NCBI GenBank assembly: GCA_043825735.1
Contig: JBDRRP010000020.1
Span: 1 to 51,934 of the forward strand
Reading direction: 5' to 3'
Length of the DNA: 51,934 nucleotides
DNA from: Pseudomonadota bacterium
GTDB lineage: Bacteria; Desulfobacterota; Desulfobacteria; Desulfobacterales; JBDRRP01
Position numbers and translations under genes: made by a program. Shown here one piece after another: positions 9,388 through 22,364 of this stretch (position 1 is its first letter; each line of letters starts with the position of its first letter). Below the pieces are notes generated by a model. It worked only from the letters and a program-made list of their open reading frames with translations, did not search any database and had not been told where the DNA came from.

Positions 9388-11084
9388 ACCATAATGGCCG
9401 AGGCGGCTTCTTCGAGGGTGGTGATCCCCTGGGCCACCTTCCGTGCGGCGTCTTCCTTCAGTGTTGTCATCCGGCCGGTCCGATGGGCCGCCCTGGATAT
9501 TTCCTGAGCCGAAGATTTGTTGAGAATCATTTCCTGAACCATCTCGTCGATGACGAGCACTTCATAAATACCTGTGCGCCCCTTGTATCCCTTGTCCATG
9601 CAATAAAAACACCCTGTGCCCACAACAAAATTGGGATGCTCTTCCTTGTCCAGCCCCCAGAACTCTATGGCCGCCGGTGCAGGCTGGTGCGGTTTTTTAC
9701 AATATGGGCAGACATTTCGTACCAGCCGTTGGGCGATGGAGGCCAGCATCACTGAAGACACTAAAAAAGGCTCGATACCCATATCGACAAAACGGGTAAT
9801 GGCGCCGGCTGCATCGTTGGTATGAACGGTGCTGAGCACGCGGTGGCCGGTCAAGGCCGCCTGCACGGCAATGGTGGCGGTTTCGGGGTCTCGGATCTCG
9901 CCGACCATGATCACGTCGGGATCCTGGCGCATAATAGAACGCAGTCCGCTGGCGAATGTCATGCCGGCCTTGCGGTTGAGCTGAATCTGCCGGATTTTCT
10001 CCATCCGGTATTCCACCGGATCCTCGAGGGTGATGATGTTGATGTCGGGCTTGTTCACCTTTTTGAGCAGTGAATAAATGGTGGTGCTCTTACCCGAACC
10101 CGTGGGTCCGGTCGCCAGGATCATGCCGTAAGGTTTGACCACCATCCGTTCCACCCGATCCCGGTCCTCCTGTGCCATACCCAATTGCTCTAATGAATAG
10201 ATGCCGGAGCTGGTATCCAGCAGCCGGATCACCATGTTTTCCCCATAAATGGTCGGCAGCGTGGATGTACGGATGTTGACTTCCTTGTTGTCCATTTTGA
10301 TGGTGAAGCGTCCGTCCTGGGGTATTCGGGAAACAGCGATATCCATGTTTGAAAGGATTTTGAGCCGAGAGACGATCAGCAGATACATCGATTTTGGCGG
10401 CGCCGGTACGTCATGGAGTCTACCATCCACCCGGAATCGGATTTGGATGTATTCCTTCTCCGGGCTGATGTGGATGTCGCTGGCGCCTTCCCGGACGGCC
10501 TGGGACAGGATGGAGTTGACCAGACGCACTACCGGCGCCTCCTGGGCCATATCCTGAAGGGACCCGACCTCCACCTCCTCCGAAAACGCCTCCCGTTCGA
10601 CGTCTTCGGGTTTTTCGTATTCCATGTCTTCGAGAACGTTGCCGATGCCCGAATACGTGCCGTAAATGGTGCCGACCAGATGGTTGAGCTGCTGATCGGT
10701 GCAGATCACCGGCTCCACTTCGGTGTTCGTCTTCACCTCGATGGCGTCCATGGTCTTTATGTCCAGAGGGTCGGTCATGGCGATAGTTAACAGAGAACGG
10801 GACTTTCTAAGCGGCGCGACCTGAAGTTTCATAGCGGTTTCAACAGGGATGACCTTGGCCAGTTCCACGTCGATGGGATACTTGTCCGGGCTGTATTTCT
10901 CGATCCGGAGCTGCTCTGAGAGGAGGTCCACGATCTGGCCGCCGTTAACGATGCCCTCGCGCACGAGATACTGCCCCAGCTTCAACGGGGTACGTTTGTG
11001 GGCTTCGATGGCCTCATTCAGTTGCAACTGGGTGAGCAGACCACCGTCGACCAGCATTTCTCCCAATCGTTTCTTGTTTCTCAC
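9384..11084 (-). CDS. pilB: Pilus assembly ATPase (PilB/MshE/GspE) with N-terminal MshEN domain
   Basis: GPTGSGKS, EDPVE, RQDPDVIMVGEIRD, CxxC...CxxC zinc motif; N-terminal RLGEMLVDGGLL repeat. GTG start. Confidence 0.93.
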   Translation of the reverse strand: MRNKKRLGEMLVDGGLLTQLQLNEAIEAHKRTPLKLGQYLVREGIVNGGQIVDLLSEQLRIEKYSPDKYPIDVELAKVIPVETAMKLQVAPLRKSRSLLTIAMTDPLDIKTMDAIEVKTNTEVEPVICTDQQLNHLVGTIYGTYSGIGNVLEDMEYEKPEDVEREAFSEEVEVGSLQDMAQEAPVVRLVNSILSQAVREGASDIHISPEKEYIQIRFRVDGRLHDVPAPPKSMYLLIVSRLKILSNMDIAVSRIPQDGRFTIKMDNKEVNIRTSTLPTIYGENMVIRLLDTSSGIYSLEQLGMAQEDRDRVERMVVKPYGMILATGPTGSGKSTTIYSLLKKVNKPDINIITLEDPVEYRMEKIRQIQLNRKAGMTFASGLRSIMRQDPDVIMVGEIRDPETATIAVQAALTGHRVLSTVHTNDAAGAITRFVDMGIEPFLVSSVMLASIAQRLVRNVCPYCKKPHQPAPAAIEFWGLDKEEHPNFVVGTGCFYCMDKGYKGRTGIYEVLVIDEMVQEMILNKSSAQEISRAAHRTGRMTTLKEDAARKVAQGITTLEEAASAIMV

Positions 11085-11131
11085 GGCAGCAGTTCCATCA
11101 TCATTGGCCAGATTTCGGGCACTCGATTTCG

Positions 11132-11296
11132 GTTTTCGTAGGGGTGGGGTTTACCCCCGCCCGCGGTTTTCAAAGCACCCGCCGGCATGACCAGTGCGCT
11201 GCGCTTCGGGAGGGGATCCGCCTTCGCCAAGGCTATGGCGGACAGGTAAACCCCTCGCCCTACATTTATAGGACCTCGCCGGTAAGGTTTTCGTAG
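11132..11296. repeat. Paired REP-like element (copy 5) plus start of the next unit
   Basis: gttttcgtagggg...ccctaca followed by gtaaggttttcgtag. Confidence 0.9.
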
Positions 11297-11305
11297 AGGC
11301 AAGTG

Positions 11306-13048
11306 TTATCTCCTGGTTCCTGCAAATGGATCTGCGTACAAAACAGCTTTTTCCGGCCATTTGTCGATCACCACGGCGGGTCCGGAATCCATAACCGGTA
11401 TGGCAGAGGCAGCGGCCACCGCATCAGGCTCTCGACGATAGTATTCCCATAGTACCAGACGAAACCGCAAACCGTCGGTCGCATCCCCGTATGGAATAAT
11501 GCGTATGGGCTTCAGGCGCCGGGGGTATCGGCGCACAATGTCCAAGGCCTCGTCAAAACGGTCCGTATCAGCGAGCGACACCCACCAGTTGCCGGCATAT
11601 TCCTTTCTGATGGTCACGGGCAATGCTGGAAAAATGATGCGCTTGCCCACTTCAATGCTATCGGGATTCCCGATTTCCGGGTTCTTTTCCAGTAACCGCG
11701 CCAACCGTTCGGCGTCGTAGCCGCCGTAAATCTTGATCATCAGCCATGACAGCATTTCATTGGGTTGAAGCCTGGCCACTCCGATCGTATCCGCCGCGCT
11801 GTCCGCGGCGGCGCTGTGGGTTTCGGCTGAACTCATCGAGGAAGGCGAATCCGTCTTGGCCGTGGGTGAGCTTATGATCGGGGCAGTAACGATTCTTGAC
11901 TCCGTCGGCGACGACGATACCGTCGGGGCTATCACTGTCAGCGGTGGTGCCATTACCGTGGTTGACCTGTCAGAGGCGCTTTCCGACGGCGCAGTTTCGA
12001 TGGGCTGTGCGAGTTCAACCGGCCGGCGTTCTGCGGGAAGTGATGCTGCCGGTGGCATCGCCGGTGTTTTTTCGCCGCGCACAGCCATCGGCGGCATCTT
12101 GTTGTCGACGAATGGTTTTTCAGGTGCCGTAAGAGAACCCGGCATCCAGATTATCCCCACCGCGATAACGACAACTGCCGCAACGCCGAGCGACCAACCA
12201 GTCTTTCCCAGACGATTTCCCGGATCCATGCGCATGCGCTGAACGCAGGAACGAACCAGCCGCCAGCCGGCGCGTTTTCGGTTCTGTATCAGCAGAGCCA
12301 GAACACACTGATGGCAAAGATTGACGATTTTACGGGGATACCCGCCACTAGCCAGGTAAATTGCCACCACTGCAGGAAGACTGAACGGCGAGGCAGTGCG
12401 CTGGGTCAATCCAGCCTGGTGCAGCCGGTACGCAATCATGAGTTGCGTGTCGCGAAAGCCCATGGGACGGAGTTCATGACGCATACTGATGCGGTCGGCG
12501 ACATTGGCATGACCTTCCAGAATCGTATCAAACTCTGGCTGGGCAAAAATAATGATCTGCAGCAGCTTGTATTCGTTGGTTTCGTAGTTGAGCAATTCTC
12601 TGACGATTTCCAGACAAAACGGCGGCATCTTTTGCCCTTCATCGATAATGAGCACGATGGTCTTGCCTTTTTCGACACCGCTTTTAAAAAGATGGTTCTT
12701 GATAATCTCCTTCAACGCCGCGTCGGATCCGGCGCGGCGGGCGCCTTCCGCATCAAAATGCGTTGCGATGGCATGGAGAAAGTCCGTTGGGCCGCAGACC
12801 TGGGGTTCCAATATCAGATAGGACTCGGTGGCGTCGTCTTTGCCGAATTTCACCAGAAGCTGCCGGCACAGTGTGGTCTTCCCGGTGCCCACCTCCCCGA
12901 CCACGACGTTCAGTCCCCGTTTCAAGCGAATCGACAGCTCCAACCGCTGAAGGCACAGCCGGTGCTGCCGGGACTGAAACAGGTAGTTCGGGTCCGGTGA
13001 GTTTGAAAAAGGCTCTTTTTTGAGATTGAGCAGCTCGTAGTATTCCAT
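11306..13048 (-). CDS. ExeA/MshM-family AAA ATPase with TM segment and C-terminal LysM-like domain
   Basis: PFSNSPDP, GEVGTGKT, IIDEGQ and GYPRKIVNLC; Pro/Ser-rich linker; NPEIGNPDSIEVGKRIIFP LysM-like end. Start set at ATG 13048. Confidence 0.85.
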   Translation of the reverse strand: MEYYELLNLKKEPFSNSPDPNYLFQSRQHRLCLQRLELSIRLKRGLNVVVGEVGTGKTTLCRQLLVKFGKDDATESYLILEPQVCGPTDFLHAIATHFDAEGARRAGSDAALKEIIKNHLFKSGVEKGKTIVLIIDEGQKMPPFCLEIVRELLNYETNEYKLLQIIIFAQPEFDTILEGHANVADRISMRHELRPMGFRDTQLMIAYRLHQAGLTQRTASPFSLPAVVAIYLASGGYPRKIVNLCHQCVLALLIQNRKRAGWRLVRSCVQRMRMDPGNRLGKTGWSLGVAAVVVIAVGIIWMPGSLTAPEKPFVDNKMPPMAVRGEKTPAMPPAASLPAERRPVELAQPIETAPSESASDRSTTVMAPPLTVIAPTVSSSPTESRIVTAPIISSPTAKTDSPSSMSSAETHSAAADSAADTIGVARLQPNEMLSWLMIKIYGGYDAERLARLLEKNPEIGNPDSIEVGKRIIFPALPVTIRKEYAGNWWVSLADTDRFDEALDIVRRYPRRLKPIRIIPYGDATDGLRFRLVLWEYYRREPDAVAAASAIPVMDSGPAVVIDKWPEKAVLYADPFAGTRR

Positions 13049-13076
13049 AAATAATCGGTATTGATTGTCAGCCGTT

Positions 13077-14624
13077 TCAGTTGGATGGGACAACCCGGGT
13101 GTCACCACCGATGTGTCTTTTTAGAATGTGGGGCGTAATAAAAATCAGCACGTCTTCCATATCACTGCTGCTGTCCGTGCCTTTGAACAGCCATCCTATC
13201 AGGGGAATGTCTTTCAACCCCGGCACCCCGGATTCCGATCCGCCCTCCTGCTCTTTATTGAGGCCGCCGATGACAGTGGTCTGCCCGTCGTAGAGGATCA
13301 CCGTCGTTTCCGCCCTTTTAGTGATGATGGGTGGCGTCGTGGATGTACTCAAAGTGTCGACTTCGTCCTTGGTGGTCTTGATCTTCATTTTGAGCGCGTC
13401 CCCGTCGATCACGTGCGGAGTGACCTCCAGCAGCAGGACGGCCTTTTTGAATTCGGTTTTCGGTGTTCCGTTGCCATCGACGCTTTGATAGGGGATTTCC
13501 CGGCCGCTTTCAAAAATCGCTACCTGGTTGTCCAGTGTGGTGATGGAAGGATTGGACAGGATGTTCGCTCGGCCCTCCTTCTGAAGTGCCGACAACTGGG
13601 CCGCCAGGATGTTGCCATCCAGCGAATTTACTAGGAAACCTAAGGTCATACCTGCGCCTTGACCGATACTAGCCGGAAAATTGGATGCGAAACTGCCAGA
13701 TGGGATGTTAATGGCGTTAGATTCTTTTGAGGCAAGTCCACTGCCAACCGTATAGGTTCTGCCACCATCGAGTGCGTTGGTGTACACTCCCCCCCACTGC
13801 ACACCCAGTTCCATTGCCGTATTCTTGGTCGCTTCGACGATGTGCGCCTCGATGAGGATCTGGGGCGTGGGCCGATCCAGCTCAGCCACCAGCGTCAGCA
13901 TCTCCTCGATGTCTTCCGGCAGGGCCTGAACGATGAGGGAATTGGTATGCTCATCCACCATCACCGAACCGATGGATTTCCCCGATCTGTCCTTGGAGAG
14001 AAAAGACTCCAGGTTTGTTTTCATTTTGCCGGCCTCGGCATAGTCGATGCGCAGCACACGGGTCGTGACCGGACCGGCGATTCGCAGATCCTGTTTTTGT
14101 TCTTCCCGCTTTAACGCCGCCTCGAGGTCGTCGAGGGTCATGATACGAATGATATCGCCCTCCCACCGGTAGGTCAGGCCGTGGGTGTTCAAAATCCCTG
14201 TAAATACCTTGTCCCACGGCGCCTGCTCGATACTGATGTTGGCGCGCCCTTTGACTTTTTCATTAATGATGATGTTCTGGTTGGCGGCCTTGGCCAGAGC
14301 GCGCAGCAATACGGAAACGTCGATGTCCGTCATGTTGATGGAAATGGGGTCCTGGGGCAGCGGCCGCATCTGAGCCGCGACGGTGGCTTCCGCAACAGCG
14401 GCGCTTCCGTCCGTTACGCCGTCAGGGCCAACCGAAACGGTGCGCCGTTTGGGCGACGGGGAATATCCCCGGGCCGACTTGGCCTTGACCTGCCACTTGT
14501 CGTAAACGGTCTGGCTCTCGGAGTCCGGTTGATGAGCGCATCCGCCCACTATAAAAAAGGACGCCAGGCATCCTGCAATTATCCCCATCATGATTTTCAT
14601 CGCGCACCTGTTTGCTGAGAACAT
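13077..14624 (-). CDS. pilQ: Type IV pilus secretin (PilQ/MshL), probable lipoprotein
   Basis: Lipobox-like VGGC; LDRPTPQILIEAHIVE and VPGLKDIPLIGWLFK...LIFITPHI secretin motifs. Confidence 0.92.
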   Translation of the reverse strand: MFSANRCAMKIMMGIIAGCLASFFIVGGCAHQPDSESQTVYDKWQVKAKSARGYSPSPKRRTVSVGPDGVTDGSAAVAEATVAAQMRPLPQDPISINMTDIDVSVLLRALAKAANQNIIINEKVKGRANISIEQAPWDKVFTGILNTHGLTYRWEGDIIRIMTLDDLEAALKREEQKQDLRIAGPVTTRVLRIDYAEAGKMKTNLESFLSKDRSGKSIGSVMVDEHTNSLIVQALPEDIEEMLTLVAELDRPTPQILIEAHIVEATKNTAMELGVQWGGVYTNALDGGRTYTVGSGLASKESNAINIPSGSFASNFPASIGQGAGMTLGFLVNSLDGNILAAQLSALQKEGRANILSNPSITTLDNQVAIFESGREIPYQSVDGNGTPKTEFKKAVLLLEVTPHVIDGDALKMKIKTTKDEVDTLSTSTTPPIITKRAETTVILYDGQTTVIGGLNKEQEGGSESGVPGLKDIPLIGWLFKGTDSSSDMEDVLIFITPHILKRHIGGDTRVVPSN

Positions 14625-14630
14625 GGCCGA

Positions 14631-15146
14631 TCAGTTCGTTTCAATGATGTCTATGGTCGTCGTCTCCGGGAGCCCGTGAATACCGATGACCACAAAGTTT
14701 GGTGTAATCGTTTTGAGATACATGCCGTCGGCATTGAGCAGGTCCCCTTCGGCAAACTCACGCCCGTCCAGTATGGCAAGCCGGTTTTTTCCCATTTCCA
14801 CGTACCCGGTGTAGGAAAAACGAATGGTCGCTACGGCGGCTTCCGTGGCACGTTTTTCTTTCCCCGCCACCGCTTCGGATTTCTCAGCCACAGCCGCTTC
14901 CCGGTAAAACGGATTTCTGTTCAGTACCCCTTGGGCCTGATCGAGCAGATCGGTGTCAGTGGCATTGGCATCCGCTCTTTTCAGTTGCCCGATCACTTCG
15001 ATGACGTACTGCTGCAGGGGCTGGCCCGGTGTGGACGCTCCTGGCAGTGTTTTTTTTGACCCTGAACCGGAAAAAAGGAAGCTAAAGGCGCCGTAAAAAA
15101 CGGCACCGACCATGCAGGCGACAATGATCTTCTCCCTTTTGCTCAT
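14631..15146 (-). CDS. PilP/MshK/GspB-like pilus alignment protein
   Basis: N-terminal TM, RNPF motif and YTGY...AILDGREF C-domain; lies between pilO and the secretin gene. Confidence 0.65.
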   Translation of the reverse strand: MSKREKIIVACMVGAVFYGAFSFLFSGSGSKKTLPGASTPGQPLQQYVIEVIGQLKRADANATDTDLLDQAQGVLNRNPFYREAAVAEKSEAVAGKEKRATEAAVATIRFSYTGYVEMGKNRLAILDGREFAEGDLLNADGMYLKTITPNFVVIGIHGLPETTTIDIIETN

Positions 15147-15198
15147 GTCGATCCTCTCGGCGCATCACCACACGCCGGCACACTCTGCTGCGATATTT

Positions 15199-15723
15199 TC
15201 ATGTCTGCCTGGCTATCCACAGCGTTAACCGGAACTGGGAGCGGTCCGTCTGAGCCACGATCTGAATTGTTTGAATGGCGTCGACATACGGCTCTGCACT
15301 CACACTCAAAAGAAACGACTTGAAGTCCTTGAGATCTCCCAGCAAGCTGATGTTGACGACGACCCGCTGGGCGTTTTCCACAAACCCCCGAATCCCCGGG
15401 ACGATATCGGTCACTTCGAGATGCATCTCTTCGGCGCGCTGTTTCATATCGATTAGGGCGGCTCTGATGTCATCCGTGGTCAAGGGGCGACGCTCAGGAA
15501 ACGGCAACGGACTCTTTCTGGCACTCTTGGAGCGTTTGACCATTTCACTGAAAACCGGCATCAGCATCTTTTGCTCTTCCAGCTGTTTTCTCAACACAAC
15601 GGCTTCCTCTTCGAGAGCGTTCAAGCCTTTGAAGTTGGGATAAATCATGATACCGCCGATCAACACCAGCGAAGCGGCGATAATCACCATATTGCGGATC
15701 ATTTTATTGGGGATTTCGATCAT
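15199..15723 (-). CDS. PilO/MshJ-like protein
   Basis: TM plus coiled coil, then a GDLKDFKSFL ferredoxin-like core; operon position. Confidence 0.7.
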   Translation of the reverse strand: MIEIPNKMIRNMVIIAASLVLIGGIMIYPNFKGLNALEEEAVVLRKQLEEQKMLMPVFSEMVKRSKSARKSPLPFPERRPLTTDDIRAALIDMKQRAEEMHLEVTDIVPGIRGFVENAQRVVVNISLLGDLKDFKSFLLSVSAEPYVDAIQTIQIVAQTDRSQFRLTLWIARQT

Positions 15724-15737
15724 GCCGCGCTCAGGCC

Positions 15738-17612
15738 CTATTTAATGGGTACGGTCACCGTAAACTGTAGAACGTTTTGGCCGTTCAGGGATTCGACGCT
15801 TTGTTTCTTCATCTCGGGTTGCCCCAGCAGCGGGGAAGCACGCAGCTCGGCCAGATAATTGGCCAGAGTGGTCTCCAGTGCGTTTCGCTCTGTGGCCACG
15901 AACCCGTTGATGAGCACAAATCGCCCGCTGGTTTTTATTGATGTCGTTGAAACCTCACCTAAATCGATGGTCGTCGTTGACAGTGAAATGGTGGCGGGCG
16001 TTCGGTTGACAACGTCCGTCAGGACTGCGGCGCCGATATAGCGCTGTGCCGCAACGGAAAAGACCTTCATGCGTCGCACCAAATCGCCGGCGAGTTGAGA
16101 TACCATGGTGCGATCCAGTTTTGGAGACAACGACTCAAGCTCCTTCCTCATGGGGATGACTTCATTTTTTACGGTGATGATGGCCTTCGTCTGCCAGAAA
16201 ATCACCACTACCAGTATCGTAAACAGCAGACCGAATGCTGAATATGCGATGCGATTGATTTGTCGCGATTGACGGATCTGATTTTTCTCTTTGTGAGTGA
16301 ACAAAAAATTGGGGGTCGTCGCGTTATCCGAAAGGGCGGTGCCAACCGCAGGAAGATACGCCATGCGCTCAAACAGGGTTTCCGGGGTCGGTATTGATTG
16401 ATCCGTCGCGGGCCGCTGAGAAAACGGCTCCATGGCCTCCACTGGCAAATCAAGATGTTTTGAAATCTGGCGCGCCACCCATGGATGGCCGGCAATGTCT
16501 CCTGAAATAAAGACCTTGCTGACGCCACTGCTGTCGTAGTGGGAAGCGTAATGTTCAATAGTCATGGCTACTTGGCGGATAATGCGCTCGAGGGGCGCGG
16601 CAATCATCTCGAAGACTTGGGCTTTGCTGAACGTCCGCCCGCTCTGGTTATGAGCCGATAGTTGATCCTTTAAAAAGTCGATGAGTAATTGGCTGCCAGC
16701 GGCCGTATCGCTCTGAGGAACAAAGGGATTGCCCTCCGGCATCTGCGGCTGTAAGTCCACTGAATGCGTGCTCCCAACAGACGCTCCGGGACGCATGTTT
16801 TCGGCGATAGCCTCGACAATGCTGTGGACCCCGGCCTTGATGTCACGTCCCAAGATTAGATTTCCGTCGGCATATATGGCAATACGGGACCAGTCCTTTC
16901 CCACGAACAAAGTACAGGCGGTTTTTCCTCCGGGATCGATCCACCCGGCTTTAATCAAATTCTGGATGGCAAAGGGAACGATTGAAACACCGGTTAGGGA
17001 GAAACCGCTCTTTTGAAAGGCCGTTTGAAGTTGTTTTAGCTCAGCCCGGGGTGCCGTGTAGGCAAGAAGGCGGGTTTTCTGAACCCCTTCGTCGAAAATG
17101 AGTCCCAATACGTGGTAGTCGAAAACATCCCGCACCTCGTCCAGCGGCGTTTCCCGCCGAAACGACCATTTGGCTGCATTGGGTATCTGGCGCGCCGGGA
17201 TCTGCGGGATCTTCAATAACCGCATTTCCACATTGGCCGACGACATGGATACCCAGATATCATATTTTTTGTATCCGGAAGTAAAATCAGACAATGCTGC
17301 GCCAAGTGTTCTGATAAAATCGGCGCTGTCCACAATCATGTGGGTTTTCAGGGCCACCTTCTTGAAATCGGACAGTTCTGGTCGACCGTCGACGCCACGC
17401 AAAACCGCTGCCAGCAGGATAGCGGTGGATCGTATATCAACCCCGATGGTGACCGGAATCTTTGAAGAAAGGATTGTTGGAGCGGGTTTGCCCTCGGTTT
17501 CCGATTCGGGAAAGGGTTCAACCGCATCGGTATTGTCAACAGCGCCGCCGCCGCGATCCCGGATCAGTTCGAGGAGCTTTTCAGTTGATGATATCTCGTC
17601 GGATTTAGCCAC
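15738..17612 (-). CDS. PilM-PilN fusion (MshI-like)
   Basis: IGVDI actin-like N-domain, then PNFL + TM + coiled coil + PilN-like C-domain in one ORF. GTG start after GGAG. Confidence 0.8.
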   Translation of the reverse strand: MAKSDEISSTEKLLELIRDRGGGAVDNTDAVEPFPESETEGKPAPTILSSKIPVTIGVDIRSTAILLAAVLRGVDGRPELSDFKKVALKTHMIVDSADFIRTLGAALSDFTSGYKKYDIWVSMSSANVEMRLLKIPQIPARQIPNAAKWSFRRETPLDEVRDVFDYHVLGLIFDEGVQKTRLLAYTAPRAELKQLQTAFQKSGFSLTGVSIVPFAIQNLIKAGWIDPGGKTACTLFVGKDWSRIAIYADGNLILGRDIKAGVHSIVEAIAENMRPGASVGSTHSVDLQPQMPEGNPFVPQSDTAAGSQLLIDFLKDQLSAHNQSGRTFSKAQVFEMIAAPLERIIRQVAMTIEHYASHYDSSGVSKVFISGDIAGHPWVARQISKHLDLPVEAMEPFSQRPATDQSIPTPETLFERMAYLPAVGTALSDNATTPNFLFTHKEKNQIRQSRQINRIAYSAFGLLFTILVVVIFWQTKAIITVKNEVIPMRKELESLSPKLDRTMVSQLAGDLVRRMKVFSVAAQRYIGAAVLTDVVNRTPATISLSTTTIDLGEVSTTSIKTSGRFVLINGFVATERNALETTLANYLAELRASPLLGQPEMKKQSVESLNGQNVLQFTVTVPIK

Positions 17613-17710
17613 TGCTATACTCCACCGATGGCTTCAACACTTTCTGTGGATCGCCAACACCTGTTGCAACGGATTGTATTTATCTCACATTATTAGCATA
17701 AGCGTTTAAT

Positions 17711-17739
17711 ATTCTGTAAAAAAAATAGCATTTTGTCAA
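17711..17739 (-). promoter_or_regulatory. Putative sigma70 promoter of the pilus biogenesis operon
   Basis: Minus strand TTGACA-17 nt-CAGAAT. Confidence 0.45.
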
Positions 17740-18076
17740 GCAGGCGGATCAACGTGGCAGGGTATCCGATCCACACGAATGACCTCGTTGCGAAGATCAC
17801 TACGACGCTGTCCCTCTCCGCATGAAGCAATCCTTCGGGAAATGATGCCTCGGCCGGGGATTACCTCCCGGAGCTGACCGATCTTCAAAAATTGTAATTC
17901 TGTGGCGACCTTGGCAAATGCAATAGGAGCAGCGCATGTGCCTCTTGCAGTAAATACCGGGAGTGTGTATCCTTGCGGATGCAATATGTAATAGTAGCAA
18001 CGCGTTAGGATGCAATCCAGATACGCGGCAACTAGTTGCGGCGCAATAGTGGATTCAGCAGAAATGGGGTATCGGC

Positions 18077-20689
<2,613 letters not shown>

Positions 20690-20715
20690 CCCCCACAGGC
20701 GAAAGGGTACTCAAC

Positions 20716-21165
20716 ATGTCAGATGGACTTGATGTGATCATCGTAGATGACGACGAAGATGTCTGCCGGTTGCTGGAGGACATCGTCAAGCGATTTTATG
20801 TATGGGGGGAAATTGTCGCTTTCACGGACTCAGATAAGGCCCTTGAGTTCTGCATGGCCAGAGAGAGCTCGCTGGCTATCTTTATCGTGGATATTTTTCT
20901 CAATAACAAAAGCGGGTTTTTGTTTCTCGACGGCGTTTCTGAAAAATACCCCACCGCCCATGAAGATGCGGTGCTCATTACCGGCAACGCCAGCGACGAC
21001 ATCGTGAACATGTGCGTTGCCTCTGATGTGAACCACCTGCTGGAAAAACCCATACGCCCCTTCGCACTCCAACTGGCGGTGCGTTCAATTACTTCTAAAT
21101 ATTTGAAGTTTGCGAAAAAACTGCTCCAGGACGCCAACTTCGCGGAAAGCGTGGCGCGTTTTTAG
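20716..21165 (+). CDS. Single-domain response regulator
   Basis: IVDDD, IVDIFL, ITG and EKP receiver motifs; co-oriented after the kinase. Confidence 0.88.
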   Translation: MSDGLDVIIVDDDEDVCRLLEDIVKRFYVWGEIVAFTDSDKALEFCMARESSLAIFIVDIFLNNKSGFLFLDGVSEKYPTAHEDAVLITGNASDDIVNMCVASDVNHLLEKPIRPFALQLAVRSITSKYLKFAKKLLQDANFAESVARF

Positions 21166-21321
21166 GAGTGCCGGCTGTATCGCCCCTCCCGTCCACAGGG
21201 AACGCCACGGCATGGCAGACGTGTGCCGAATCGGGAGGGGATCCGCCTTCGCCAAGGCTATGGCGGACAGATAAACCCCTCGCCCTACATTTTCAGAGCC
21301 ACGCATGTAAGGCTTTCGTAG
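21163..21321. repeat. Paired REP-like element (copy 6), degenerate left arm
   Basis: cgggaggggatccgccttcgccaaggctatggcggacagataaacccctcgccctacatttt...gtaaggctttcgtag. Confidence 0.85.
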
Positions 21322-21336
21322 AAACGACGTGCCCCA

Positions 21337-22284
21337 TTACGGCCCCGTCGTGACTTTCCACATCCCTTCATAAAACTCAGCGCCGGTTGCCCCTTCGGGC
21401 CTCGATGACCCTGCGGTGCCCGACACCTGGATGCCCCGGGTGCTGACCCCCAGCGACTCCCGGCTCCCTTGGTAACTGTTGAGCCCACCGCTGGCTGGCT
21501 CAAGGGCGACGTCTCCCAGGGGACTGTCTGATGCATAGACGACAATCTGGTCTTCACCATACGGGGGTGAGACCTTCAAATCGAACCGGTCTTCCGCGTC
21601 TGGGATACGATACACCTGGCCGGCCTTAAATTGCGTTTGCCTGCGGTATGTGTTGGGCAACAGCTGAATGATGCTCCCGTTAGAGGTGATATCGACAATG
21701 CGGGCGTAGAAATCGCGGTTTCCTTGAATGAAGATCTCGATGCGCTCACCATCTCGGTAATGTTTTCGGCTAGTCCAGACCTTTACGGTCAGTGGGCCAT
21801 CGACGTCCATGCTGGCAGGGGCTCCGCTCGCCGCCGGTGACGCGGGCGGAGGTTTGAGCCCGTATTCCACCTCCGCCTTTATCCAAACATGATAGCGATT
21901 GTTGCCTTCGATACCCAGATCTTTTTGCTCGAGTACTGTGACGACACCGGCGCTTGCCCCCTCAATCACGTCCTGTGTAATTTCAAAATTTTCCACTGTT
22001 GTCTTTGACGAAATATACGTCTTGGCCTGCTCAACCGCCTGACGTTTGGCGTTTGCCATGGCAGTTTGCCGGGTCTGCGAAAGGGTCTTGTCTTCGGACA
22101 AGTATGCAAAGCCGTCCACTTCCTGGATCATCGAGCGTTTTTCCTGATCCGGAACGACGGAGATTCCCCGGGTCACTGGATCTGAAGCTAAGGATGGGAG
22201 GGTGGCCGTCCCGACAATTCCAAAAGCCAATAACGCGCAGATTATTAACGGCCGGCATCGATTCATTGCGCTACGAGTCGTCAT
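21337..22284 (-). CDS. Exported protein with FlgT/LPP20-like N-region and DUF4384-like C-domain
   Basis: Signal peptide; AxxNAKRQAVEQ; YRDGERIEI...QLLPN...VSPPYGEDQIVVYAS. Start set at ATG 22284 after GGAGGA. Confidence 0.7.
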   Translation of the reverse strand: MTTRSAMNRCRPLIICALLAFGIVGTATLPSLASDPVTRGISVVPDQEKRSMIQEVDGFAYLSEDKTLSQTRQTAMANAKRQAVEQAKTYISSKTTVENFEITQDVIEGASAGVVTVLEQKDLGIEGNNRYHVWIKAEVEYGLKPPPASPAASGAPASMDVDGPLTVKVWTSRKHYRDGERIEIFIQGNRDFYARIVDITSNGSIIQLLPNTYRRQTQFKAGQVYRIPDAEDRFDLKVSPPYGEDQIVVYASDSPLGDVALEPASGGLNSYQGSRESLGVSTRGIQVSGTAGSSRPEGATGAEFYEGMWKVTTGP

Positions 22285-22364
22285 AAGTCCTCCATGATGA
22301 GATGGCTTGGACCTGAAATATACTCCGTGCCCATTGAAAAAACAACCATCGGCCCATGATGGGT

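Noticed and set aside
17740..18070. ncRNA or riboswitch in the pilM/kinase intergenic region
   Set aside because: No motif I can recognise; an Rfam/Infernal scan is needed.
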